Below are positions 1 through 10,649 of a stretch of 64,000 bases of DNA, one piece after another. The position numbers and the translations under genes are program-made. Within the stretch, counting starts at the first letter, position 1. Every line of letters begins with the position of its first letter. Under the pieces are notes generated by a model. That model was not told where the DNA came from. It saw only the letters and a list, made by a program, of their open reading frames with translations, and did not search any database. The stretch spans positions 124,001-188,000 of the forward strand of contig QPGO01000003.1 in assembly GCA_008632985.1 (NCBI GenBank). Direction: 5' to 3'. Source of the stretch: Psammoneis japonica. Taxonomy: Eukaryota.

Positions 1-655
1 TGAGCAGCACTTTTTCACAGCAAAAGTGTGCCCATCCACCATGCCATGAAATGACGCCACTCCTCCCCCCTTCTTTCTGACAAAGTGGCTGAGAGTTTGC
101 AGTGTGTGAGCTCTGCTGCTCTGTCAACTGCAGCAGTGTGGCTGCAGCTGCTCTGTTTTTGCACATCCTCTGCCAATTGTTTGTGTTGACATTTGCAACA
201 ATTCAGTGCATCCTCCTTTGCACTCACTCAGATGCCCCTGTTGGCAGCACACCAGCAACCCATCTGGCACTCCTGCTGCCCTGTGTTGAGCGAGATGGTT
301 TGTTGACCGCTGCACAACATGACCCTGCCAACAGCACTGCTCCAAAACAGCAACAGCATGCCATGTGAAATTCTTGACTCTGCAGGCAGGCTGCTCTGTT
401 GCTGGCATCAGCCCACAGCATGTGTCACGGAGCCTCCTGCTGGCTGGCAGCATCCACCCCCACCAGTCATCTTTTGCAAAAAGAAACATCCCAAATTGTC
501 CATGACCGACACACGCAGTGTCCTCACAAGGGGAAAAATTCTGAAGTGTTGCCCACAAAGTTTGAGCTGCAGACGTTGCTGTGGCAATGTCAATGCACTT
601 GTGTGGATGGATGAACCTGGGTGCATGGAGAGGGGATCCCACCCCTGATCCCGAT
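1..655. repeat. TpA/CpG-depleted degenerate repeat block (family unidentified)
   Basis: Essentially no TA dinucleotide over ~650 bp, TG/CA-rich, with Cys/His/Gln-rich spurious ORFs in all frames. Same composition as identifiable TE remnants elsewhere in the window. Confidence 0.55.
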
Positions 656-1396
656 GGCTCTAGCAGAGAAAGAGCTCGTCTCCTGGTCGGTCAGATGTGT
701 GACAGACTCGGGCGATGGCGCAGGCCGCCGCGTACGCGGGCGGGCGAGACTATTCACGGATCGCGATCAGGATCATGGGCTTGAGACTGCTATCACGCAA
801 CAAAGAACAACGCAACATTGAACTCTGATAATACACTTTATGATGCTGTCTGGACTGCTTTTGAGTGCGTCAATGAAATGAACAAAACTGCTGCTACGGC
901 AGTCACCACAGCGGTGTTGGCAACAGAGAGTCAGAGAGTTCCGCAGAGGCTCTCAAAAGGAGACGTGCAGCACCGGAGATGTGCGATGTGCATGGCCACG
1001 AGGGATGTTAACGCATCGTGTGAGAGGTTCGGTCATGCTTTGCGCCGGCAAGGTATGTCACAACGTTGCGACTCAACTTTTGCGCTGACACATTCCTCGT
1101 AGCACGCACCGCAAGTGACGGAATGAAGCAAGAGTGTTATTGTTGTCGGTTTAACGTAAAAGATATTGTAGCAGTGCGCATGTTGAGAATGAAATCTCGA
1201 TTGCGCCTCGACTGATGCTCCATGCTCCGAAACAGGCAGCCATAATTATTATGGGTGGCAGGGCCATTGGCAACTCTCGACTTTGGCAAGTTGTTTCACA
1301 AGTATGACACGTGATCGTTCTAAATTCTGAAAAGTTTCTCTGTAACTTGTCCAACACAGGCTATTCGTAGCGAGTTCCGATGTCGCCAGGAGGGTT

Positions 1397-4300
1397 TCAG
1401 GGAATATTGTTCACCGAGCATGTGCATAAATTTGTGTGCAAACGTTCACTACACCAGCTACCCCCATCGCCGACACAGGTGTCTCCGCGATTGTCTTCTG
1501 CAAAACTGCACACTCCTCCTCGCGCTCCGCAATAATCATCGCAACTTTGATTACCCAACACGACAAAGAAAGTGCATTCAGAAGCGTCCTCCCGACAAAC
1601 AATAATATCATCACCGTATTGGTCGGTACATGGCGTGGGATCTGGCTTTGGTGGAGGCGGTGGCCCTTCTCCAAGAGAGCACGTGCAGATTAACGGAGGC
1701 ATAGGGTCATGACAAGATCGAACTTTATTGCCCACGACGCACGTCTCCCCTTGCCTATTTTGAGCAGCCGCCAAACAAATGCCGCCATTGCTCTCGCAAA
1801 GGTCGCTGCAGGTGATCCCACGTTGATCGATAAAAATGCTACACTCTGACTCGTTCTCATGGCAAAAAACAAGGTCGTCACCGTATTGATCTGTACACGT
1901 GCCACGGCTGGCTGGTCCCTGCGCGGGTCGAGAAGATGGAGAAGCAGCAAGTATGTTTGTTGGGAACTCCTTGGGCTCTTGAGTAGGGGGTGCGATCGGT
2001 GAATGAGTCGGAACAGATTGCGTGGATTCTTGCTGCGGATACCCTGGGCTTTCTTCAAGAGAGCACGTGCATAAATTGGTTTGCAAGCGTTGACCGCAGA
2101 AGCTACCACCATCGCCGGCACAGGTGTCGCCAAGATTATCTTCCGCAAAAATGCACTCTCCTCCTCGCGTCTGGCAATATTCATCGCAACTTTTATTTTC
2201 CAAGATAGCAAGAAAAGTGCATTCGGAAGCGTCCTCGCGACAAACAAGGATATCATCACCGTATTGATCGGTACATGGCGTAGGATCTGGCTTTGGTGGA
2301 GGCGGTGGCCCTTCTCCACGGGAGCACGCGCAGATTAACGGAGGCATGGCATCATGACAAGATCGAACTTTAGCGCCTACCACACAAGTCTTGCCTGCAC
2401 GATTTTGGACAGCCGCCAAACAAACGCCACCGCTGCGCTCGCAAAAGTCGCTGCAGGTGATCCCACCTTGATCCATAAACACGTTACATTCGGACTCGCT
2501 CTCTTGGCACAAATCAATGTCGTCACCGTATTGATCTGTGCATGAGGCAAGGCGAGCGGGCCTCTGTGTTTGCCGAGCAGAAGCAGTTACTGGGCTTGTT
2601 GGGGGCTCCGTAGGTTCTTGAGTATGGGGGGGATTAGTTGGCGTCTCCGTCGAGAAGACAGTAGGTAAACCTGTTGGTTGATGTGTCTGGGTTTGAGTAA
2701 TTTCATCGAATGACAGAAGGTTTCCACCACCACATCCACAACAAGCCACATTGGCGACGGTACCAAAGTTTTCGAATAAGTCTCCATATTGTTGGCAGTT
2801 TTCGTCCTTTGCGTACCAATCGCAGTTGTACTGTTCACCATCCGCATCATGCCAACCTTGTGGGTCGTCGACACAAACCGTTGGTTTTTCGGTTGAAGAG
2901 AACGTCGGCGATGCAGTAGGCTGCGGTGGAGTCGGAAGAGAGGTTGGTGGCATCGTATGCAAAGTCGTTGGCCTGGACGTCGGAAATGATGTTGGTGCTT
3001 TGGATGGAGGTAATGTTGGCCTCTGAGTGGGTAATCTTGAAGGAAATGGTGTTAGATGAGAGGTTGATGGAGGTGCCGTCGGTGAATGCGTTGGTCGAGC
3101 CGATGGAGAGGGGGTCACAAAGGAAGGTGGCAAGGTTGGCATCTTGGTGGGCAGTTTGGTAGGTCGCGACGAAGGAGATGCCGTCGGTGAAAGCGTTGGA
3201 GCCGAGGTTGGCGGCCTTGTGGGCTCTGTTGTCTGTACTTGCAAAGGAGACAATGTCGGTGGCATTTGTATTTGTGTGGGAGGGAAAGACAAGGAACGAA
3301 CACCTTCTTGATGACTACCTTCTCGACAACTACCGCAGGTCATTGGGCAAGCAGCAAGGCCTGTCACTGGAACTCCAAATCTGTTGGTGCCTATCAGTTT
3401 GCAACGAGACATTGTCTTTGTTTGCAAGTATCTACAAGGCTTCTTGACGCCTTTCTTCGTTGTAAATACCCAAGATTCATCGTCAATACATGGCTCGTTC
3501 GGAGTTCTTTTTGCTGATTCCGTGGATATATTGGATGTTGGAAAGCTTGTGAACACGGTAGGCGACGAAGTCGGTTGGGATGATGTGCCTACCACGGACG
3601 GGGACAGAGCTGGTACAATCTGCTTGCTGCCAAATGCCACTTGCTTTGACCCTGCAAATTCTCCTCCGGCTTCTTGCAATACTCCGTCAAAGTAAACCGA
3701 GTAGCCCCCTTGGCCATAGTTGCAACAAATTCCATCATTCTCGCTGTCTCGAATGGTAAAGACGTAGCTATCGAGTGGCAAACAGAGCCTCGTTATGTAG
3801 TTTCTTGAACTGCGATAGTTTCCACCGGATTCAACAATCTTCTTTTTTGAATCGACGATGTCCCACGATGTTTCTGCTCCCCACTCATCCGTGGTCAAGT
3901 TCAGCATAAAGAATTTTTCATCACAAAGGAACTCTGTCGGTGAAGGTGTTGGAGGTTCGGTGTAAAGAGGGTCTTGCTTGCAACCACCAATTGCACCATC
4001 TGAAAGTTTCGTTTTTGTATCTCTTTCAGCGAGACACCCTTCCCGCAACAAAAAGTTGTATGCGTCTTTCGCTTGCACAATCCCGTATCCAAGCTCATGG
4101 TCGCAACCCAAATCACCTTTATCCAGGGCTGTTCGTACAATAGCGTTGCGAATTTCAGTGTTGGTGCATTCTGGAAAGTACGACCACACCAGTGCAGCAA
4201 TGCCTGCTACAAAGGGCGTCGCCATTGATGTTCCTGGCAATAAATCGTGTTCGGAAGAAATTAGACAAAGATGATGGAGGAGAAGATTTTGAAACTCACA

Positions 4301-5456
4301 AACACTCACCACTTAATACATCATACCCATCTTTTCCATATGCATTCTCGGGGACAGTAGATATGATGCCGATTCCAGGAGCTGAAATCTCTACTTGATT
4401 GTTGTACTGGGAAAACTTTGCAACTTCTTCATTCCGTCCGACTGCCGCAACCGACATGACCGTAGTGAAAGATGCAGGATAGGCGTAGTCTGCGTTTCCT
4501 GAGTTTCCTGATGCAGCGACAAGCAATGCGCCTTGGTCATATGCCTTTTTGAATGATTTTTTAGATGCTTCGCTGAATCCTGATCCTCCTACGCTCATGC
4601 TAATGACTTTCGCTCCTGCAGAAAGACAACTTTCGAGACCTTTCAGCAACAGGTATTCAGACCCATCTCCTCTTCGATCCAATACTCGGGCAATATGAAG
4701 GTTGAATTTCGTTGTGTTTTGCAAAATTCCTTTCACACCAATATTGTTGTTGCCAATAGCAGCGATTGTTCCCACACAGTGCGTTCCGTGGCCATACGGG
4801 TCGTTCGTCCAATTACCAATCCCTGTGTTTGTACCCGTCACGCCTTCAGTGGGAAGATCCGGATGTCCCAGAGCCATGCCACTATCAATGATACATACAG
4901 TCATCTTGTCAACCTGCTCAAGGTCTCGAGAAAGTTCCCACATTTGGTCAACTTGAACCATTTTGATTCCGTATTCAATCTGTTCCTGAAGATCACGACT
5001 GTATTCGCTTCGCTTCAGCTGATCCTTGTACTTGGAACTCGTCAGCGGTAACACCGGTAGCGCATGAACCTTATGATTTGCTTCCACAAAATCAATGTTG
5101 GGATCGTCAAGAAGAGCTTTTAATGTATCTTTGTCAGTTCCATCGATAGATACTACACGTTGCCGTGGTAGCTTCTTGTATTTGCGCGACAATTTCTTCA
5201 CGACAGAGATGCCGCGGCGATTCTTGCATTTCACGAACAGCGACAGATCATCAGGTACATCTGCCTTTTCATCCACCACGATCCTAAGAATTTCTTCACT
5301 TCCAACATGGTTTTGTACCCATGCTTTCTGGTGGCTGTTTTTAAGGAGAGATTTAAGGGACGCTTTTCCTCCAGTTGCACCTTGACAGAAGGTGAGTTGA
5401 GATAGCAAGAGAGGCACCAGCGCCATCCATGTCCGCATTGAAAAAGCAGAATTCAT
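1397..5456 (-). CDS. Secreted subtilisin-like serine protease (S8) with Pro/Thr-rich stalk and C-terminal Cys-rich repeats; 2 exons (5456-4310, 4233-1397)
   Basis: Signal peptide; catalytic motifs IIDSG, HGTH and oxyanion GNSG. SGTSMATP is restored by splicing a 76-nt GTGAGT...CAG intron (4309-4234). Start Met uncertain among nearby ATGs. Confidence 0.92.
1405..2545 (-). repeat. Intragenic duplication: two A-B units of Cys-rich CTDQYGDD modules
   Basis: ~1410-1900 and ~2060-2545 align at DNA level. Four modules start CTDQYGDD, and both units contain GEGPPPPPKPDPTP. Confidence 0.9.
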
Positions 5457-5764
5457 GGTGACGCTTGTTTTGGGTAACAAATAAGGTAACGAAAGCAGCT
5501 GAAACGATGTGTGAAACGCTTGATGACCCGTGCAAAGTTAAACCACATGATGTTGTGAGAATCCAAACGGACGTTTACGCCCCTCGACGCATGAGGGTCA
5601 CACTGAACTAGACTAATGTGACAACCAAAGGACATGTGACGTTTTGATAGAAGGACGAACGCAAGGGGCATACAAAATTAGTCATTGATGAAACAGAATG
5701 TCTCGAGGAAGGGCTATGATATTCTCGTAGCAAAAACTGAGTAAAAAGCAAGATGATTTTTATT

Positions 5765-6920
5765 GCCGGCACTTCCTGTGACAAGCATGTGGAGCACCGG
5801 TGGAGCACGAGCATGAAGAAGTCTCATCGTACAGCAGACGCAGCGATGACATGTGCATGTGTCTTCCAGTCGCACTCACAGAAATTTTTTTTGGCAAGTC
5901 ATTCGATTTGCTTGAAGTGTCGCTCCCACCCCAAAGAACCAAGTGCGCGCACAGTCATTTTCTCTTCTGCTGGCAAATTGTGCACGAACAAAATCGGCTC
6001 CTCTTTTGCAAGCAGAAACTCTGGGTGCACCAAACAGCAGATGATTTGTGTCGAACCAAAGTTTGCAGGGCATTTGAGTGTGACAAGGCAGCACTGGCCT
6101 TGGCTGTTGAACAAAAAAATGATGATGCCCAAACGCTTGTGCTGGCGCCGAAACAAAAACAAAAACACCACAGCCTGCCAGAGGAGATTGAGGCAAAACC
6201 ATGACAGCCACTTTGCCAGCTGTGCCCCAAAAGCACGGTTTTCTTTTTGCCCACAAACTTTTCAATGCAAGCTCAATCTTTTGTGTGAAGAGCACACCAA
6301 AACAAGTGAAAGGCTGGCTCGGGCAAAAAATGTTGTTTTGCAGCTTGTTTTTGGCCAGCCATTTTTTCTGCAAAAAGCCAAAAAGCCGCTGCCAGTCAAA
6401 TCCAGCATTGGCTGCTGAATGGTGCCAGCAGCATTGGCGCACCCTGCTGCTGCAACATCTTGAAAAAAATTGACAAAACAAAAAGACAACCCTCCCTCTG
6501 CTGCTGCCCAACAGCAAACTTGTGCTGCCGGCACACACTGTGGTGGCTCCAAGTTGCAAGAGATTTTGGCTGCAGCAAGTGCGCCCTTTGGCCAGTGGCG
6601 CAACTCATTGCTGGTCAATGAGGCACATCTGACAGCAACCTTGCATTGCCAGGGAAAGGCCTGTTCCAGCTCCAGGTGCTCCGAGTGGGTTCGATTCCCG
6701 TCATTTGCCCATTTTTGGGTTTGGCGCAATTGACTTTTTCAAAATCCGTTTTTTGCCAAATCGAAGGGTGAGTGTGCACTTTACATGCATTTTTGGGTGT
6801 GCACTTGCCTTTCGATTTTCGAAATGATCAAAAATGAAGGACTTCAATTGCGCAGAAAATCGGCCTCTCGCGCGATGAAAAGCAGATCACCTGGAGCTGG
6901 CAGAACAGGCCGCAAGCTCA
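5765..6920. repeat. TpA-depleted degenerate repeat (unidentified)
   Basis: Almost no TA, no credible protein homology recognised. Confidence 0.5.
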
Positions 6921-6921
6921 A

Positions 6922-7330
6922 ATGTGCTGACGGGCTGTTTGGCAAGGAAGCCAAAGCAGTGCTACACAGAATCTCTGCAAAACTGGCTCAATGCGAGAAT
7001 GAGCATCACTTTGGCACGGGCAACTCGCCATTGTCTCAGGGGATCACGTGTCCCTTCGTCCGCCCAGATCAGCTTCAGATGTCCTCAATGGGAGGGCGGT
7101 GCTGGTCCATCCCTCTGCAAGCATCAAGTGACCCCACTTGGGCCAGACCACTCATGCGAAACGATTGCCAGCCTGCCACTCACAGAGACAACCGATGCCA
7201 CGCCGAGAAGACAACAAAAACCCAGCAACACACCGATTACGGCGCCAGAATCGACTCGGATCTCACGCGCACCGCCCGCGAAAACTGCGCGCGACAACCA
7301 CCCCTTATTCGCATGACTGCACTGCCGGCA
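6922..7330 (+). mobile_element. 3' fragment of a CRE-like non-LTR retrotransposon (end of restriction-like endonuclease region)
   Basis: Peptides ADGLFGKEAKAVLHRISAKLA and NARMSITLARATRHCLRGSRVP...PQWEGGAG resemble the C-terminus of RLE-type non-LTR elements. Frameshifted with an internal deletion. Confidence 0.65.
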
Positions 7331-7524
7331 CAATGTCCACTTTTTCCTCTGTCATAAGGTTTCATACCGGTACTCTCTGAGGGGGGCTTATTTCATCAGT
7401 CATAATGGGCTTATTGTTTTATCGTTTTTCAACGCAGAACCGTGCCCCGAAGAGTCACATGACAATGTCGTTCTTCACGACCTCGCAACTAGCTTCACAT
7501 TTACACCCAGCAATTGCCGAAACC

Positions 7525-9030
7525 ATGGTGACGGTTTCTCGTACTTTACCCATACTGTTTGCTCTGCTTACAGTAGTATCCAGCAACTGGACTGAGTTGC
7601 AGTCCGACACTAGCAACCAAGTCGACGCCAACCTCAAAAACCAGTTTGGTGAATTCAGCAAGTTTTTCACTGATTCTCGACGACTTAGCGGCAGTGGAAG
7701 CGGCAGCGGCAGTGGGAGCGGCAGTGGCAGTGGGGGCGGCAGTTGGAGCAGTAGCAGTAGCAATGTAATGCCCCAGCAGTTGAATGCTCCATCCAACCAG
7801 TATGATGCGGACTCTGTGGTCGCAAGCCAAAGTGTGAACGAAAAGGACGGGTCGAAATACGCCGGAGGGGGGCTAACGGCACAGGGAGCAACTGCACAGT
7901 ACGCAGTTTCGCCAGAATTGGAAGACAATGTTTCAACCTGCGGTGGAAGCAAAACCTTCTATGCGAATGTCTTAGTTGAGCATTTCCTCCAGAATTCAGA
8001 GGACCTTCCAAGAAGCCTGCTTGAGCAGATGGAGGATATTTTTCGTGACACATATAACTCTCTGAATACTCCGAGAACGAATCATGCTGTGTGTGACAAA
8101 GCCAAGATGCGCTACATTGCAGATGTGAAGGTTTATGCCAAGGATAACATCTACAAGCAGATTGACGGGCAAAAGATTGCTCGTCGCAATTTCTTTTATC
8201 GCGTGACCGGAAAGTGCATCGATTGCGATGAGGATGAGACAACTATCTTTGATTTGGCGCCGCATCGAGCGGAGCATACGATTATTGCGTTGATGAATGA
8301 TTCAGAATCTGCAACGTGCAGTTGTGGGGCCCAAAGTGAGAATAGAAGAGCTCCCACCGAAGTCGAATTTAGAGATGCCTTTCGCAAAAACATCAAGGGC
8401 CTTGTAGCTGAGGGGTCCCAGACCAATCTTCGATCCGCAGATAAAGTTGTCGAATACGATATCGTTGACTGCCAGGGGGGCGCCGACAATTTTGAAACGG
8501 AGGTGTGCGTTGACCTTTCCGAAGAACCAGTGGATGAAAGCATTGCGCAGCTTGAGGATGGATTTCTCAATTCTTATAACACGCTTGCTGTTTCATTCTG
8601 TGATCCAGCGCATCGTTTCATTGAGAAAGTGGAAATTGAAGACAGCTCAAGATTCTTGGAGGTGGTGACAAAGAAAAAGAGACGGAGAAAGTTGTTCAGG
8701 GTCAAGGGCTTTTGCAGGGGGTGCAAGAGAAGCTCAAGTTTATTTAATGATGCCAGCGACAATGAGTCGACACGAAATCTTCGTGGCAATGACGAAGGCG
8801 GCCGCCGCCTAGCCGACATGACGGACTTTTGGTACAAGCTTTTCGACCTTTACCACAAGAAAGAAGATGGCCGGGATGAATGCTTTTGCGCAACACGTCC
8901 ACTAGCACGCCGAGCCCCCAATGAGATCGAGGTTCGAGATTCATTCAACGCTGTTCTTACTCATGGAAGTAAGAAGGGCTATGTGAAGCAATCTATAATT
9001 GCAGAGCAAGTAAAATCCGTCGGCAATTGA
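7525..9030 (+). CDS. Secreted hypothetical protein with GS linker and two copies of a Cys-containing domain
   Basis: Clean ORF with normal composition and signal peptide MVTVSRTLPILFALLTVVSS. Repeated motifs F..sYN.L..CD..R.I..V / RV.G.C..C / C.C....RRAP.E.E.RD.F. The frame is open from 7405. Confidence 0.8.
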   Translation: MVTVSRTLPILFALLTVVSSNWTELQSDTSNQVDANLKNQFGEFSKFFTDSRRLSGSGSGSGSGSGSGSGGGSWSSSSSNVMPQQLNAPSNQYDADSVVASQSVNEKDGSKYAGGGLTAQGATAQYAVSPELEDNVSTCGGSKTFYANVLVEHFLQNSEDLPRSLLEQMEDIFRDTYNSLNTPRTNHAVCDKAKMRYIADVKVYAKDNIYKQIDGQKIARRNFFYRVTGKCIDCDEDETTIFDLAPHRAEHTIIALMNDSESATCSCGAQSENRRAPTEVEFRDAFRKNIKGLVAEGSQTNLRSADKVVEYDIVDCQGGADNFETEVCVDLSEEPVDESIAQLEDGFLNSYNTLAVSFCDPAHRFIEKVEIEDSSRFLEVVTKKKRRRKLFRVKGFCRGCKRSSSLFNDASDNESTRNLRGNDEGGRRLADMTDFWYKLFDLYHKKEDGRDECFCATRPLARRAPNEIEVRDSFNAVLTHGSKKGYVKQSIIAEQVKSVGN

Positions 9031-9247
9031 TTGAAACGGAGAACCGGATTTAAAACGCACTTACACAGTAACCTTTACATGTAACTTCAACATCTCACGC
9101 TATCTTACGTGATAAGAAATAGACAGCACGTGGATGAGTGCTCTTGCATCGTTTGTGATGCTATTTGTGCCTGCGTGCATGGCGGGGTTCTCTTTTTTTC
9201 ACTCCCGATTGCAACAATGTTGGTAGCAGGTCATAAACAAAAAAGAC

Positions 9248-9420
9248 CATATACGCATCGAAAAAGCAGAATCCATGGTGACACTTGTTTTGGAAGGGTA
9301 ACAAATAAGGTAACGAAATCATCTGGAAACGATGCGGAAAGGCTTGATGACCCGTGCAAAGTGAAACCACATAATGTTGTGAGCATCAAAACGGGCGTGT
9401 ATCGTGTGCCTCGACTTATG
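9248..9420 (-). repeat. Diverged copy of the subtilisin start codon and upstream region (5427-5595)
   Basis: gaaaaagcagaat(c/t)catggtgac, ggtaacaaataaggtaacgaaa and cttgatgacccgtgcaaagt(g/t)aaaccacat are shared in the same order. Confidence 0.85.
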
Positions 9421-9443
9421 AAGCAGGGGCGCAACTAATTAGT

Positions 9444-9498
9444 CTCTACTCTAGAGGAGCTAGCTAGCTAGAGGTAGCTAGAGCTAGCTAGAGAGAGA
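9444..9498. repeat. Short (TAGC)n/(AG)n low-complexity tract
   Basis: ctagaggagctagctagctagaggtagctagagctagctagagagaga. Confidence 0.7.
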
Positions 9499-9659
9499 TG
9501 GATGAACGGTGAAACAGCATGCATGTGACTCGCGGAAGGGCTCATGTAACTATGTACAAGCAGCGACTTTGTGTCGTGTGTGTCGTGTTGTATGCAAGTC
9601 TTGTCAGTGTTGCAAAACATCAACATTTGGACAAGCCTGTGCTTTTGGCAGCAAAAGCA

Positions 9660-10420
9660 TGATTGTTGGCTGCCTTGGAGGCACTGATCATTTCAAAATG
9701 GAGGTGTGCATTGATCTTTCCAAAGAGCCAACAAATGAAAGCATTGCTCAGCTTGAGGATAGATTTCTTGGTTCTTGCGGCATGCTTGCTGTTCCATTCT
9801 GTGATCCAGCACATCATTTCACAGCAAAAGTGAAAATTGAAGACTGTCAAGATTCTTGGTGGTGGTCACACAAAGAAAGAGAGATGGAGAAAGCTGTTCA
9901 GGGTCAAGGGCAGGTGCAGGGGTTGCAAGAGGAGCTTGAAGCTCTTTGGTGGTGCCAGCAACAATCAGGGGACACAAAATCTTGGTGGCATTGATGAAAA
10001 GGTGCCCGCTGCAGAACTGACACAATGGACTTTTGGTGCAACCTTTTCAACCTTTTTGTCACAAGAAAAAGAAGATGGGTGGGATGACTGCTTTTGTGCA
10101 ACATGTCCACTGGCACACACCAAGCGCCCCAAATGTGATCCAAGCTCAAGATTTGTTCAATGCTGTTCTCATTCATGGAAGCAAGAAGGGTTGTGCAAAG
10201 CAACCCATGATTGCTGAGGAAGCAAAATCTGTTGGCAATTGACTGAAATGAGGAATCTGGTTCAACACACACTCAGCAAAGTGCACGTGACTTCAACATC
10301 TTGCACTGTCAGCACTTGGATGAGTGCTCTTGCATTGTTTGTGATGCTCTTGTGCCTGCATGCACAGCAGGTTTCTCTTTTCCCTTTTCCACTCCCTGCC
10401 ACAGCAATGTTTGTGTGGCA
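9660..10420 (+). pseudogene. Hypermutated, frameshifted duplicate of the 3' part and 3' UTR of the 7525-9030 gene
   Basis: Aligns with ~8460-9230 (EVCIDLSKEP vs EVCVDLSEEP; KLFRVKG; KSVGN*). Many TA->TG/CA and CG->TG/CA changes plus indels. Confidence 0.9.
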
Positions 10421-10649
10421 AGGGCCCAGCCTCTGACAAACAGCACACTTTGCCTGCCAAGAAAGCAGCACCCTTGGGGGTCGTGGAAAGGAGGGAGATG
10501 TGCATCCTCACAGTGATGATTTTGGAGCTACGTTGTCGGATGTCCGTGCACATTTGTGCTCTTTTGTGCTTGCTGTTCCTCTTTGCTTGCACTCACTGCA
10601 TGTCATTCATTTGTTTCCAGATTAAAGAAATTGTTTCCGATGAATGTCA

